Positions 26,899 through 36,870 of a stretch of DNA of 64,000 bases are shown here, one piece after another. Source of the stretch: a virus; IMG/VR virus record IMGVR_UViG_3300023174_000121, positions 21,947 to 85,946 of that record. One strand, given 5' to 3'. Position 1 is the first letter of the stretch, and each line of letters begins with the position of its first letter. The notes under the pieces were generated by a model. The model was given only the letters and a program-made list of their open reading frames with translations. It had not been told where the DNA came from and made no database searches. Made by a program: the position numbers and the translations under genes.

Positions 26899-27078
26899 TT
26901 ATCTAAATTGATTTTTAATATACTGATTTACCCGATTCGAATCTTCTGCATACATTTCTAATGGAGTCTTCATATCAAATGCTTTGTTTTTAGAAACCCA
27001 CCACTTTTCAACCAATGATTCTTTTCCAAGTAAAGCCATCAACATTCTATCGTACTTTGCTTTCATTTCAGAATTCAT
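26899..27078 (-). CDS. 59-aa protein resembling Xre/MbcA/ParS antitoxin C-terminal domain
   Basis: VEKWWVSKNKAFDMKTPLEM. Confidence 0.45.
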   Translation of the reverse strand: MNSEMKAKYDRMLMALLGKESLVEKWWVSKNKAFDMKTPLEMYAEDSNRVNQYIKNQFR

Positions 27079-27344
27079 TTACTATACTCCGACATAAACT
27101 TCTCTAAGGGAATTTCACGAATTTCCGTTGAGTTAGCCCATCGATCAAAATTAGCAGCTGGTTCTGATACATCAACTACCCATGTACTTCCTGGACCATT
27201 ACCGCGAAGTCGAAAGTAACGACCATTTCTACTAAAACAACCACAATTATATTTTATAACATTACGCCAATTATCTCGATATGTTAATCCAAATCCATTT
27301 CTTTTGAACCAAGTTTTTATATCACTTTTCGACATTTTGCTCAC
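27075..27344 (-). CDS. hypothetical protein
   Basis: ORF in operon, FDRWANS. Confidence 0.6.
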   Translation of the reverse strand: MSKMSKSDIKTWFKRNGFGLTYRDNWRNVIKYNCGCFSRNGRYFRLRGNGPGSTWVVDVSEPAANFDRWANSTEIREIPLEKFMSEYSK

Positions 27345-27615
27345 TCCCGAAAATCTTAGACCAGCATTTCAATTTTTGAAGTTTGTTTTCAATTGCACGA
27401 TCCACTGCTGCACCCTCAATCAATTGGCGTTCAGCCATCAATTCAATCATGCAAAGCAAATCACCGATTTCTTCTTCCAATCGTTCTTTGTTTGTTTGAA
27501 TTTCTTTTGGGTGTTTTGAGTCAAAACCAAATCGAAACACTTTACTGATTGCTTGTGTCACTTCAGCACATTCTTCCAATGCAATGAGCAACACTTCTTT
27601 ATCAATTTCATTCAT
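27322..27615 (-). CDS. MazG-like nucleotide pyrophosphohydrolase
   Basis: EECAEVTQAISKVFRFG, LEEEIGDLL. Confidence 0.8.
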   Translation of the reverse strand: MNEIDKEVLLIALEECAEVTQAISKVFRFGFDSKHPKEIQTNKERLEEEIGDLLCMIELMAERQLIEGAAVDRAIENKLQKLKCWSKIFGSEQNVEK

Positions 27616-28050
27616 ATCATAATCCAGATTGTATAAAACGCTTCACAATGTATTCTTTTGCTTCACTCAAATTTCGCACATTCACATTATGCGCTTCGTC
27701 GTTTAGCTTGTATCGAATATTAATCTTTCCTGCTGAATAAATTACAACTGCGCCATAAAAATATTTGTTCTGTCCAAACGGAACTACATAAGCATCCTTG
27801 TCTTCGAACCTACGCTTGTAGTATGTACCAGCACCATTGATTTTGTCAAGAGAACCAAAGCGGATAGTATCCAACAACTCTGATGCAATTGATTCTCTTG
27901 GGCCCATACCAGGTTTAAATGACTGCATAAAAATCACCGTGTTTATGTTTAGGGTTCTTTTTACGCTTATCGCCAACAACCCGCATACGATACTTAGGAC
28001 TTCTGAGATCCTTAGAAACTAAGTTTCTAGGTTTACCAGAAGCTGGAATT

Positions 28051-28299
28051 TTAAAATTCATCACCATAATGTCCATAATCCTCGTCGGTTCCCCAACCAA
28101 TAGATGCTAGTGCATTAGCATCTGCTTCAGCATCGGAGAGAAAAGTTTCTTCCTCAAAAAAGATTTCTTCTTCCAAATCAGTCTTTATCGATTCAACCCA
28201 ATCAAGAGGCACACAGAACTTTGCTGCTACCTCTTCGACAGTATACTCTGCTTCAAGCATTTCCACAATGTCTGACCACAATTCTTTCATCTTACTCAT
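28051..28299 (-). CDS. acidic hypothetical protein
   Basis: DANALASIGWGTDEDYG. Confidence 0.7.
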   Translation of the reverse strand: MSKMKELWSDIVEMLEAEYTVEEVAAKFCVPLDWVESIKTDLEEEIFFEEETFLSDAEADANALASIGWGTDEDYGHYGDEF

Positions 28300-28314
28300 T
28301 TCTTCAATTCCTAT

Positions 28315-28662
28315 TTAAGCACCAGTCCAAGCAACTTGACCGAAGTCCCGAGCCATCGTGTTACCGCGAGCAAAATTCTTCGCAGGAGCATTCCAGCCAG
28401 CAGCCTTGAGAATGTCACCTTTAGTAAACTTACCCATGTCACGCAAACAAACAAACGAATGGACGCTACGCGATCCGCCGTTAGTCGTAATGATCTTAGC
28501 AAACTTGGTGCCGTACTCAATCGAAAGACCCATGCAAAACTGGATGCAACCTTGCTGTTTCCAAGGATCGTTATCTTCTGGTTTCACCCACTGAATGTAG
28601 TTCATACGGATGTGATCAAGATACTCTTCAAGGCCGTCGATTTTGAATTCGTTTGTCATCAT
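28315..28662 (-). CDS. conserved early hypothetical protein
   Basis: GDILKAAGWNAPAKNFARGN; start lies downstream of the promoter cassette. Confidence 0.7.
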   Translation of the reverse strand: MMTNEFKIDGLEEYLDHIRMNYIQWVKPEDNDPWKQQGCIQFCMGLSIEYGTKFAKIITTNGGSRSVHSFVCLRDMGKFTKGDILKAAGWNAPAKNFARGNTMARDFGQVAWTGA

Positions 28663-28679
28663 TTCTTCCTGTTTATTCC

Positions 28680-28752
28680 CTACCACAAGATCCATTCTAC
28701 GCTGGTTTGGGTTTACTGTCAAGGCTTTTCTCGGTGTCGTATTTTTACTACG
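28680..28752 (-). promoter_or_regulatory. early sigma70 promoter cassette
   Basis: TTGACA-N17-TAGAAT, GGATCTTGTGGT leader, degenerate palindrome 28735-28752. Confidence 0.8.
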
Positions 28753-28864
28753 GTTCAACCGAGGGTCTTGACAGAGCCGCCAACGGCAACCCCACACAAG
28801 ACTAGAGCAACAAAACCAACCATCACAACTGCTAAAAACGTAATCATCTCAAACTCCTATCAAT

Positions 28865-28943
28865 TTCTCTCTCACCACAAGATCTATTATACTCTGATCG
28901 CGGCAAAAGTCAAGGCTTTTCTTGGTGTCGTTTTTTCGCAACA
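28865..28943 (-). promoter_or_regulatory. early sigma70 promoter cassette
   Basis: TTGACT-N16-TATAAT, AGATCTTGTGGTGAGAGAGAAA leader, palindrome 28926-28943. Confidence 0.8.
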
Positions 28944-28945
28944 AT

Positions 28946-29260
28946 TCAAAAGGTGTTTAGGCTGGGCACTAGTTCAGCAATCAACTGACGCTCGCGCTGG
29001 TGTGCTGGCTTGCGTCCACGCACAATTTCGACAACCTCATACTTCCAGTCGCATTGTGCTAGTTCGCGGATTGCTACACACATAGCCCAGTCTTTGTTCT
29101 CACACTTTGCTCGGCTCACATGCTTCTGCCACCGTACTTTGACGGCGCGGAGGAATGCTCGTCCTGTTGCTACGGTGATACCGATGTAGGTGTCGCCCGT
29201 GTCTACGCAAGTCACGCGGTAGACCACGTGGTTTCTGTCTGATCGTTTCTTTCTTTCCAT
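28946..29260 (-). CDS. GIY-YIG-like nuclease-domain protein, probably leaderless
   Basis: HVVYRVT...YIGIT...RWQKH...ERQLI...LNT. Confidence 0.7.
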   Translation of the reverse strand: MERKKRSDRNHVVYRVTCVDTGDTYIGITVATGRAFLRAVKVRWQKHVSRAKCENKDWAMCVAIRELAQCDWKYEVVEIVRGRKPAHQRERQLIAELVPSLNTF

Positions 29261-29267
29261 ACATACA

Positions 29268-29349
29268 AGTATACGCTGATCTCCAGGAAAGTCAAGGACT
29301 TCCTGGGTGTTGCGAAAAAACGACACTTTTGTGTTGCTAAAAAGCAACA
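29268..29349 (-). promoter_or_regulatory. early sigma70 promoter with two 18-bp palindromes
   Basis: TTGACT-N16-TATACT; palindromes at 29308-29325 and 29332-29349. Confidence 0.8.
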
Positions 29350-29563
29350 AGTATGGATTTGTTTTAATTACTCCGCAAAGTCTTCGTATTCGTCCCATTC
29401 ATCTTCACGGATATTGTTGGGATCAATAAACTTTGTCTGATGCTTGAACTTTGTTTTTTGTTTTTTTGATTCGTTCAATCTAGGCTTTCCATGTGAACGA
29501 CCATCTTCGTTCTCATAAAAGTCCCTAAAGCCGCTATACTTTTTATTTGTCTTGGACATGGCG

Positions 29564-30004
29564 TTACTTTGATTCTCCAACAAAAAGTTCTGGTAGTGCT
29601 TCCTCGACTAATTTTCGAGTGATGCCTTTGTAAGTTAGTTTTTTATTCTTGACCATAAGAACTAGCTTTGCCTCTTCTGGAGAAACTGTTTCCAACAATT
29701 CAATGAAAAGTTTTTCTCGTTTGATTGTATTCAGATTGCTTTCTTTAAAGAAATACTGAAACTTTCGCATTTCCCTAGGCAATCGATTGTGACCCATGTT
29801 TTCTGGAGTTTCCATTTCTTTGTATGGAGGATCTCCTTCAGGCAAATCAAATTTAACGTCTTTATGATATGCGTACTTCAAAAGAGTTTTCAAGTCAGGT
29901 GTTAAGTTTGCAATCTGCTTTAAAGCATTCGTCCTCTTTTCTGTCGGTAATCCAGATACATGGATTAACAACTCTGGCAATGTCATCTTACTAATGTCCA
30001 TCAA
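29564..30004 (-). CDS. conserved T4-like protein downstream of rnh
   Basis: FDLPEGDPPY, KREKLFIELLE..PEEA. Confidence 0.75.
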   Translation of the reverse strand: MMDISKMTLPELLIHVSGLPTEKRTNALKQIANLTPDLKTLLKYAYHKDVKFDLPEGDPPYKEMETPENMGHNRLPREMRKFQYFFKESNLNTIKREKLFIELLETVSPEEAKLVLMVKNKKLTYKGITRKLVEEALPELFVGESK

Positions 30005-30867
30005 AATTCCTGTATGTGATCCATGAGCATTTTCATGCGATGTTGAATAAAATAATTAAAAATCTTCTCTCTTCCACGCTTTGGAGTAGTCTCGTATGTA
30101 TCTATGATTTTGCTTTGATATTCATCGGGAATCTTTGATAGATCGATTAGGAGTTCATTCCGTCGATAATTCCGCAATGTGATTTCATTACAAAATGATT
30201 CTGGTTCTTGAGTCAACCAAGTATTTAGTTTTTTCTCTGTTACAGGCTTCTGACGGGCTTCGCTAACGAATGTATCATCTGATGATAGAAAATTAGGAAT
30301 ACCGTCAGAACGATCACCTTTAATGATATGTTCTTTTAGAAACTCCGACGGACTATTAGTTCTAAGAAACTTCTTCGCCATTGGGCTATATTGCTCGACA
30401 TTGACAAACTTTTGCAATTGTAAAAAATCTTTGTCTGAAGATAGAATGAGTATATTCTCTGTCGCGTCGTTTTTGATGTATGTACCATACTTATGGCAGA
30501 GTGTTGCGATAACATCATCTGCTTCGGTTTTATCAACCTGGACAACTTTATATGGAAAGTATTCCTTGATTTCATCTCTGACTCGATTAAGGGTTTCGAA
30601 TATTAGATTCCAATCAAACGGTGATGCTTCTCGGTCTTTCTTGCGACTTGCTTTATAGTATGGAAAAAAGTCTCGGCGCCAATAACCTTTGTCATCACAA
30701 CAAATCGTTATGTCGCCATACTTTTCTTTGAATTTAACATTGTACATGCGAATGCTATTTAGCACCATGTGCCTTATCAAATTCTCGTCAATCGCATTTG
30801 ATGCATTTGAATTCACTTGCATCATCAGGTTAGAAATCATAACCTGATTCATATCAATCAGAATCAT
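30001..30867 (-). CDS. rnh: T4-like RNase H / 5'-3' exonuclease
   Basis: ILIDMNQ, YWRRDFFPYYKASR, EADDVIA, SSDKDFLQL, GDRSDGIPN. Confidence 0.95.
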   Translation of the reverse strand: MILIDMNQVMISNLMMQVNSNASNAIDENLIRHMVLNSIRMYNVKFKEKYGDITICCDDKGYWRRDFFPYYKASRKKDREASPFDWNLIFETLNRVRDEIKEYFPYKVVQVDKTEADDVIATLCHKYGTYIKNDATENILILSSDKDFLQLQKFVNVEQYSPMAKKFLRTNSPSEFLKEHIIKGDRSDGIPNFLSSDDTFVSEARQKPVTEKKLNTWLTQEPESFCNEITLRNYRRNELLIDLSKIPDEYQSKIIDTYETTPKRGREKIFNYFIQHRMKMLMDHIQEF

Positions 30868-31010
30868 AGCATTCCTTCAAGAAACTCTTTTAGTTCTTGC
30901 TTGTGCTTTTTTTCAAGATCGGTTGCAATGCCGAATTTGATTTCAGCATTCAACCACACAATCCACTTTTCAATCAACTCTTTGTTGTCCATGATATATT
31001 CTTCCATTTC

Positions 31011-32138
31011 TTACGCTACCCTAACGATGATGGTATCAGAGTTTAGGCGACCTGTCAACAACGATTCCTTCGTGGAGAGTTCGCTCAGAATTTTCTTGAG
31101 TTTGATTTTACCAGCTTCAAGAAGTTCTTTGATCGTCACCTCAGGCTTTCGCAGTCGCTTGCCAATTGACGTTTCGACATTGAAGTTTTGTAGTGTGCTA
31201 CCTTTGACCGTCAAGCCTTTTGCATTCTCTGCATTGTACACACCAAGCAATTTTGTCTTAGTATTGTAAGCCCACACTTGACTTGCTCCAATGATCTTTT
31301 CTGGTGCAATCGACTTCAATCCTAACTCTGCAAATTCTTGTAAGTAATTGAGTTTTGCAACAACTACAGATGCTGGCTTTTCTTTTACAGTACGCTTCTT
31401 GCGAATTGGCTTGTTTGCAACTGCACTACGATTTGTTTCTGAAACCAAGGAATCGTAGAATTCTTTCACCTTACGCAATTGAACCTTAGTAAAGTTCGAA
31501 TAGCCTTCTTTGATATCAGCATCAGTAGAGTTCATCACATCTTCGAATTCTTTAGCTTTTCGAATGAAGAATTCGCACATGCGATTCAGTACAACAGTAG
31601 AGAGATTCTTCCCTTTAAAGTATGCACTAACATCAACTGATGATTTACATCCATTAGTAATGAAGTCATCAACGAGTCCTTCGACTTCACCAACTTCATC
31701 TTCTGCTTTTTCTTTAATCCGATCTTGAATCGATACAGTATGCACTGGCGCAACTGGTTGTACAGCAACTACTGTATCTTTAACTTGTTTCTTTGCAGAT
31801 GCGAGAATCGATTTGAATTCTTTAACGAACCGCTCTTTCACCTCTGGAGGCGGAACATAGCCCATGCATAGCATCCGAGCAATCCAACCAACTTGATTGG
31901 GAATTTTACCTTCAGCAATGATCAATGCAATTTCATCTTTTGGTCGATTTACACTTGTCATGTAATCGACCAGAAAATTCTTTGCTTGCTTGTTATCACA
32001 AAAATAGTTATACCAAGTCAATGCTCGCATTAGATCAATGCGCTCATAGGTTTGACCAGCTACCCAAGTTGGTTCTTTACCAATTTGGGTTGCATCAGCA
32101 CCAGGATTAACTTTAGTAAATTTCATAGTGTATATCAA
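31011..32138 (-). CDS. conserved T4-like hypothetical protein
   Basis: ALTWYNY, VKGSTL, LRKPE, GRLNSDTII. Confidence 0.75.
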   Translation of the reverse strand: MIYTMKFTKVNPGADATQIGKEPTWVAGQTYERIDLMRALTWYNYFCDNKQAKNFLVDYMTSVNRPKDEIALIIAEGKIPNQVGWIARMLCMGYVPPPEVKERFVKEFKSILASAKKQVKDTVVAVQPVAPVHTVSIQDRIKEKAEDEVGEVEGLVDDFITNGCKSSVDVSAYFKGKNLSTVVLNRMCEFFIRKAKEFEDVMNSTDADIKEGYSNFTKVQLRKVKEFYDSLVSETNRSAVANKPIRKKRTVKEKPASVVVAKLNYLQEFAELGLKSIAPEKIIGASQVWAYNTKTKLLGVYNAENAKGLTVKGSTLQNFNVETSIGKRLRKPEVTIKELLEAGKIKLKKILSELSTKESLLTGRLNSDTIIVRVA

Positions 32139-32461
32139 CCACCAATGTTAAATGAAACCGAACGAATAGCATCATAGCGAAACGCTCGCCATTCTTTCTT
32201 TTCTAAGTCTACAACAGCAATCGATTCTTGAGGCACAGCTCGCTTTGGAGCATCCTCAGCTTTCTTTGCAAACAGATTCGTTGGAATTAGATTCTCTTGC
32301 AATGTGCAAGTCATCTTACGAACCGATCCATCTTTCTTTAAAAATTCTACAACGACTTCGCCATGTTTCAATTGCGCTTTAAGCCAATCGCGGAATACTT
32401 GTTTCTCGGATTCGTTTGCAACCAGGTAATATGAGCCATCATTCTTCATCAAGTTCTCCAT
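32135..32461 (-). CDS. SH3 beta-barrel (WYL_2-like) protein
   Basis: FLKKDGSVRKMTCTL, DLEKKEWRAFR. Confidence 0.8.
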   Translation of the reverse strand: MENLMKNDGSYYLVANESEKQVFRDWLKAQLKHGEVVVEFLKKDGSVRKMTCTLQENLIPTNLFAKKAEDAPKRAVPQESIAVVDLEKKEWRAFRYDAIRSVSFNIGG

Positions 32462-32487
32462 AAAATATTCACCTCATCAGTATAGTA

Positions 32488-32763
32488 TCACGCTCCGCTT
32501 TCGCTGTCAACCCCACGTTCTCCGGGAGACGGCTGCTTAACGTGGACGTTCAGATATTCAAACAACTCCCGCACACCACCAATATACTCTAGTCCGTCGT
32601 AAATGTGTGGCAAATGATTTGTGTCTGGAATCAATCTTAGCAATTGCTGCAACGTATAGTCTTCACCCAGAATAAAAACTTTGTAAGGTCTTCTACACAT
32701 TGATAATATCATTTCGACATTATTTGTCGCTTTGCTATTGTATGCTCCGTAGACATAAAACAT
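32488..32763 (-). CDS. glutaredoxin-like protein (no CxxC)
   Basis: LPHIYDGLEYIGGVREL. Confidence 0.6.
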   Translation of the reverse strand: MFYVYGAYNSKATNNVEMILSMCRRPYKVFILGEDYTLQQLLRLIPDTNHLPHIYDGLEYIGGVRELFEYLNVHVKQPSPGERGVDSESGA

Positions 32764-32767
32764 ATAT

Positions 32768-32986
32768 CTATTTTCCTCGAACGTCTTTCACAATTGCACC
32801 AACTATAAAACTCAACCAAGACATTGCAGCAATTGATTCAAATTCAATAGGAATCGAAGTTCCAAATATAACGTTAATCGAAAAAATTGTTATCGTTGAA
32901 ACAATAATGCTTAGTGAAGCAAATCCTAAAATCAATCCAATTGCTGCGCCCCAACTATCAATTTTCATATTTTCACCTTTTGTCAT
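32768..32986 (-). CDS. small membrane protein
   Basis: Two hydrophobic segments. Confidence 0.6.
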   Translation of the reverse strand: MTKGENMKIDSWGAAIGLILGFASLSIIVSTITIFSINVIFGTSIPIEFESIAAMSWLSFIVGAIVKDVRGK

Positions 32987-33606
32987 GCTAAAACCTCTAG
33001 TGCGTTGTTGTAATGTGCAAGTCTATCTTCTAAGCCTATGTAGCCACCATTGATTCTCTTTGTCATTGTCTTTATGTCGCCAGAGTCGGCTAATGCATTT
33101 AGATGACTAGCATTCCAGAACCAACATGCAGAGTGTATTGCATAGTGTGGCTCTAGCAACAAGTCTGGGTTCTCTAGTAAATGTGTTTCATCTTCAAATA
33201 ATGCAATAGAACATTTAGAGTAATTGTTTTTTCCAGTAATTTGTACGATACCGCGACCACGATACATGTAGCCGTCACCAGAGTCTTCGTCGCCATTACC
33301 CATCCGATTTGCATAAACTCTATTTGCAATCATCTCTGGTTTTCTTGCATATTGCTTTGCAAGTTCTGCTGTTGGAAAGTATTTACCGAAAATCTTTTTT
33401 AGTCCGTCTGCAGAGTAATTTAGATTTTCTTGTAGAACTGTGAATCCTGCTGATTCGTGTCCACATTGTGCAATGAATGCTGCAACTCTATTTGGTGTAT
33501 CAATTTCATATTGAGGTAACACATCCAATAACTGCTCATGCCACTCTTGTAAGTTTTTTACTTTTGGTAGCAACTGTTTTGTAACATCTTCTGTTAGAAA
33601 CTCCAT
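32983..33606 (-). CDS. GH19-family endolysin
   Basis: AAFIAQCGHES, ENLNYS, ANRMGNG, YRGRGIVQITGKNNY, TKRINGG. Confidence 0.93.
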   Translation of the reverse strand: MEFLTEDVTKQLLPKVKNLQEWHEQLLDVLPQYEIDTPNRVAAFIAQCGHESAGFTVLQENLNYSADGLKKIFGKYFPTAELAKQYARKPEMIANRVYANRMGNGDEDSGDGYMYRGRGIVQITGKNNYSKCSIALFEDETHLLENPDLLLEPHYAIHSACWFWNASHLNALADSGDIKTMTKRINGGYIGLEDRLAHYNNALEVLA

Positions 33607-33655
33607 GATCTTTTTCCCCTAATAAATAATAGACTATTCTTTAAAAGGAAGAATC

Positions 33656-33850
33656 ATGTCAACAGTTTCTGAACTAAAAACATTTATAGATTGGATTCAA
33701 ATTTCGAAACGAGATTTTGTTCAAAAATTTATTCCAGGAAATGCAAACAAGGTGTTTTTAGAGAGTCTCATCAACGCAGAAAATGATTTTAATAATAAAT
33801 GGATTGACGCTTCCTATCAATTATTTATAGATTCCAGAAAGTCTTATTAA
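33656..33850 (+). CDS. small late hypothetical protein
   Basis: AATAAATA at 33621 and AAGGA RBS upstream. Confidence 0.6.
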   Translation: MSTVSELKTFIDWIQISKRDFVQKFIPGNANKVFLESLINAENDFNNKWIDASYQLFIDSRKSY

Positions 33851-34485
33851 TCCCATAGACCTTCGTAGTATTTCCCAAAGAGTCGATATCCGTTTCTGTT
33901 TCGTTCGGAGTGCGCTTTAAGTGCTTCCCAATCTGTTTTCATAGTATGATTAGGACCTTCTACCATTTTTGAAATATTTGGATCAGATTCTTCTTTGACG
34001 AAAATATAATTACATTCGCCAGTAGAGTATTGATCTTCCCAATCTTGATTCAACTTGCATTCAAATGCTTGAATCATTTCATCAAGAACCCAATCCCAAC
34101 GCTTGAAATGATTGTCATCAATACCATAGTCATCTTCTTTTTTGGGTACTGCTGTGCTTCGTAATTCTTCTGGAACGTCTTCATCATCAACAAATGGAGC
34201 GCCATTCTTAGTATCTTTTAATTGCTTGAGCATTGGAAGAATGATCTGTGCAAGTGTGCTATCCATTGACCAAGTATCCCACTTGTCAATCTTTATATAA
34301 TTAATTTTTGGATGCAAAAAATCTAAAAACTTTAGAAGTGCTTTGCTTGCTGGTTCAAGTCTATTAGACCATTTGACAATCATTGGATCATCGTAATCGA
34401 TTTCTTTTTTCCAAAAGAAAACCTTCTCCAAAATTGTGTATGGAGATAGCCAATGATCGCGATAATTATTAATATAAACTTTCAT
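33847..34485 (-). CDS. conserved phage hypothetical protein
   Basis: IDKWDTWSMDSTLA, RWDWVLDEMIQAF, LFGKYYEGLWD. Confidence 0.8.
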   Translation of the reverse strand: MKVYINNYRDHWLSPYTILEKVFFWKKEIDYDDPMIVKWSNRLEPASKALLKFLDFLHPKINYIKIDKWDTWSMDSTLAQIILPMLKQLKDTKNGAPFVDDEDVPEELRSTAVPKKEDDYGIDDNHFKRWDWVLDEMIQAFECKLNQDWEDQYSTGECNYIFVKEESDPNISKMVEGPNHTMKTDWEALKAHSERNRNGYRLFGKYYEGLWD

Positions 34486-34931
34486 TCTTTATCTTCCCAA
34501 GGAGTATAGAATGCTTTCACTTTCATATCATCATTCCAATTACTTGCATATTCATTGTCCGTATCGCATAGCGTCATTGCTTCTTTTCTAGAAACAACTC
34601 GATGACTAACAATTGTCTCACCCAAATGCTCTTGACTAAATTCTTTAGCTTCATTGCAAGTTACTGTATCAAGTGCCCATAGAGATTTGTCGTTTCCTTG
34701 TTCATCTGTGCCGACAGGAACTTCTACCATGTACCTTTGTCGAAACATAGAAACAGTTTCAACAAGAACTAATTGAGTTTCTTCAACTTTTTTCATAGTC
34801 CAACTCCCATCTTTATTATCAATCCATTGAATTGTGTCGCCGATTTTCCAACCCAATCCGTCAAAAATCTCATCAGAAAGCGGAAGAATTAAGTCTCCTG
34901 TTTCTGGATCTTTTATGAGTTCAACTATCAT
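34482..34931 (-). CDS. hypothetical protein with AbrB-like N-terminus
   Basis: GDLILPLSDEI..LGWKIGDTIQW. Confidence 0.6.
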   Translation of the reverse strand: MIVELIKDPETGDLILPLSDEIFDGLGWKIGDTIQWIDNKDGSWTMKKVEETQLVLVETVSMFRQRYMVEVPVGTDEQGNDKSLWALDTVTCNEAKEFSQEHLGETIVSHRVVSRKEAMTLCDTDNEYASNWNDDMKVKAFYTPWEDKE

Positions 34932-34961
34932 GGTACATTCTCCAAGGAAAAAAGTCAAAAA

Positions 34962-35249
34962 TCAGAAAATCATTCTTACCAAGCCTGTGGCGTCAATGGT
35001 GACAAGCAGAAGGTAGTTAGCGAGCATACCAAATGAGCGGCGAGACCAAGAACACCAGGCATAGATAGCACAACCAGTAATCCAAGCGGGATAAAGAGCC
35101 ATAAGTGGAGGGTTTGGTACTGTTCCAGCCATCGTAGCAGCACACCCAATACTAAGAGCCCAAGCAAGTAACTCCATAACAAACCTAACACGATTTGATT
35201 TGTAATCATCTCTGATCCAGTTTATTGTAGGTCCGAAAATGTTATTCAT
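34962..35249 (-). CDS. membrane protein
   Basis: Three hydrophobic segments. Confidence 0.7.
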   Translation of the reverse strand: MNNIFGPTINWIRDDYKSNRVRFVMELLAWALSIGCAATMAGTVPNPPLMALYPAWITGCAIYAWCSWSRRSFGMLANYLLLVTIDATGLVRMIF

Positions 35250-35254
35250 AGCAA

Positions 35255-36070
35255 TCAATCTAAATGAAATACTCTTGGATGATCAATTAAAATTCGTTCT
35301 CTTAAACCATGCCAACGTTTATATGTGTCTATGTCTTTAGTCTCTATAGACTGTCTTTTCAAATGATTTAGTGTTTCTAATACACTTTCAAACTCAGGAA
35401 CTTGATATACAGAGTAATCATAAGGATTGCTATAAACCTTATACTCTTTATTTAGATGAAGAAAGGTAGAAAACAATCTTTCAACAATGAATGGAAACAT
35501 CGTCAATTCTTTGTCTCTGCTATAGTTTGCTGATGAACCATATATTCTAGCATCTTCACCAGTCAAATCTTCAAGTCTGGATTTCATATCATCTAGAAAG
35601 TCTAAGTAATCGCGCCAGAACACTTTTTTAGCAACAAAATAACTTGAATAGCAAACATTGCTTCCCATTACTTCATTTAAAACTTTTGTGTCATATCCAG
35701 CAGCTTTCAATGCTGATTCAGTCACTCGCTGAATTCCTTTGTGAAAGACTTCACCATGCTCCCACACGTTATGCGTCAATGCATCTACAACTCTAGCATG
35801 ATTGAAAACGTAAACATGATATCCGGGATTGTTATCAATCGCATTAGTAATTGTTTCAGCACTAAACCTTAGCTTCTCTTGCCATCTTGGACCAAACACA
35901 CCAAATGCATCTAGTCCCTTCGCATGGCCTTCTTCATAAATTCTTTTAAATGATTGATACTCTCTCAACTCAGGATGAAGATTCTCTGTATTGTCGAATG
36001 GAGTAAACAAAGGATCAACTCTTTCGATTTGATCCTTCTCAAAACAAATTTGAAAAACTTTGTAGTTCAA
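35255..36070 (-). CDS. putative glycan-related protein
   Basis: PELREY, YSSYFVAKK.FW, ERLFS. Confidence 0.5.
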   Translation of the reverse strand: MNYKVFQICFEKDQIERVDPLFTPFDNTENLHPELREYQSFKRIYEEGHAKGLDAFGVFGPRWQEKLRFSAETITNAIDNNPGYHVYVFNHARVVDALTHNVWEHGEVFHKGIQRVTESALKAAGYDTKVLNEVMGSNVCYSSYFVAKKVFWRDYLDFLDDMKSRLEDLTGEDARIYGSSANYSRDKELTMFPFIVERLFSTFLHLNKEYKVYSNPYDYSVYQVPEFESVLETLNHLKRQSIETKDIDTYKRWHGLRERILIDHPRVFHLD

Positions 36071-36870
36071 TCTGAAATCCTCACGCCATTGGGTGCAATA
36101 TTACCATCAAGACCTAGCTTACCAATATTCTCAATTAGAGACAGATCCAAATGATGGAATAGCAAATGCTCAATATCAATATAACCTTTTTTCGCAAGCT
36201 GATCATTCATATGCTGAAACATGTCAACATAAATGTCCCGAATGTACGGCAATAGAAATGCATCAAAACTCCAAAGCCGTGACATATACTGTAGAGTCAC
36301 TCCACCAGTTGTGTCTGGACTAAATTGACTAGTGAATGGACCACGAATGATAATCTTATCTTTAGCATCCATGTGCTTTTGATAATTAAAAGTATCATTC
36401 AAAGTATAACGACCAGACATTTTAAAGATTCGTTTATATTTCTCTCGCCAACCTTCTTCAGCAACTCTATCGTAAAATGATCCATACATGACTAGTTCAA
36501 TCATGTTCTTTACGATATCGTGATTAGGAATGCTTTGAATCTGTTTAACAATCTCTTCTTCACTAAACGTGTAGAATTCGTCAATGTAATCTACAAGTTC
36601 AGCTTTCTCTTCAGAAGTTAAATCTTTGTATCCGCCATCAAGAATGATGATTTTAGTATCACACCTTTCGCGAATTGATTTACAAGTTTCAATCGTTTGT
36701 TTGAATCTTGTTTCTGTGTCATAGACTCCATGCTTTGCATGAATTGCTGATGACACTAGAAAAACACTTTCAGGATTGCTTTGGCTTTTTTGCTGGTCGC
36801 TTTGTTGCTGGAGCGACTGGTCCGTCGTTTGTAGGTTGTTTGTCTGCAACTGGTTCTGGTTTAACGTCAT
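36067..36870 (-). CDS. putative glycosyltransferase-like protein (start uncertain)
   Basis: FLVSSAI, RFKQT..T..SI, RIFKMSGRY, DIEH. Confidence 0.5.
   Translation of the reverse strand: MTLNQNQLQTNNLQTTDQSLQQQSDQQKSQSNPESVFLVSSAIHAKHGVYDTETRFKQTIETCKSIRERCDTKIIILDGGYKDLTSEEKAELVDYIDEFYTFSEEEIVKQIQSIPNHDIVKNMIELVMYGSFYDRVAEEGWREKYKRIFKMSGRYTLNDTFNYQKHMDAKDKIIIRGPFTSQFSPDTTGGVTLQYMSRLWSFDAFLLPYIRDIYVDMFQHMNDQLAKKGYIDIEHLLFHHLDLSLIENIGKLGLDGNIAPNGVRISD

Noticed and set aside
28336-29085. 249-aa + strand ORF
   Set aside because: Antisense shadow spanning two promoter cassettes and real minus-strand genes; no recognisable motif.
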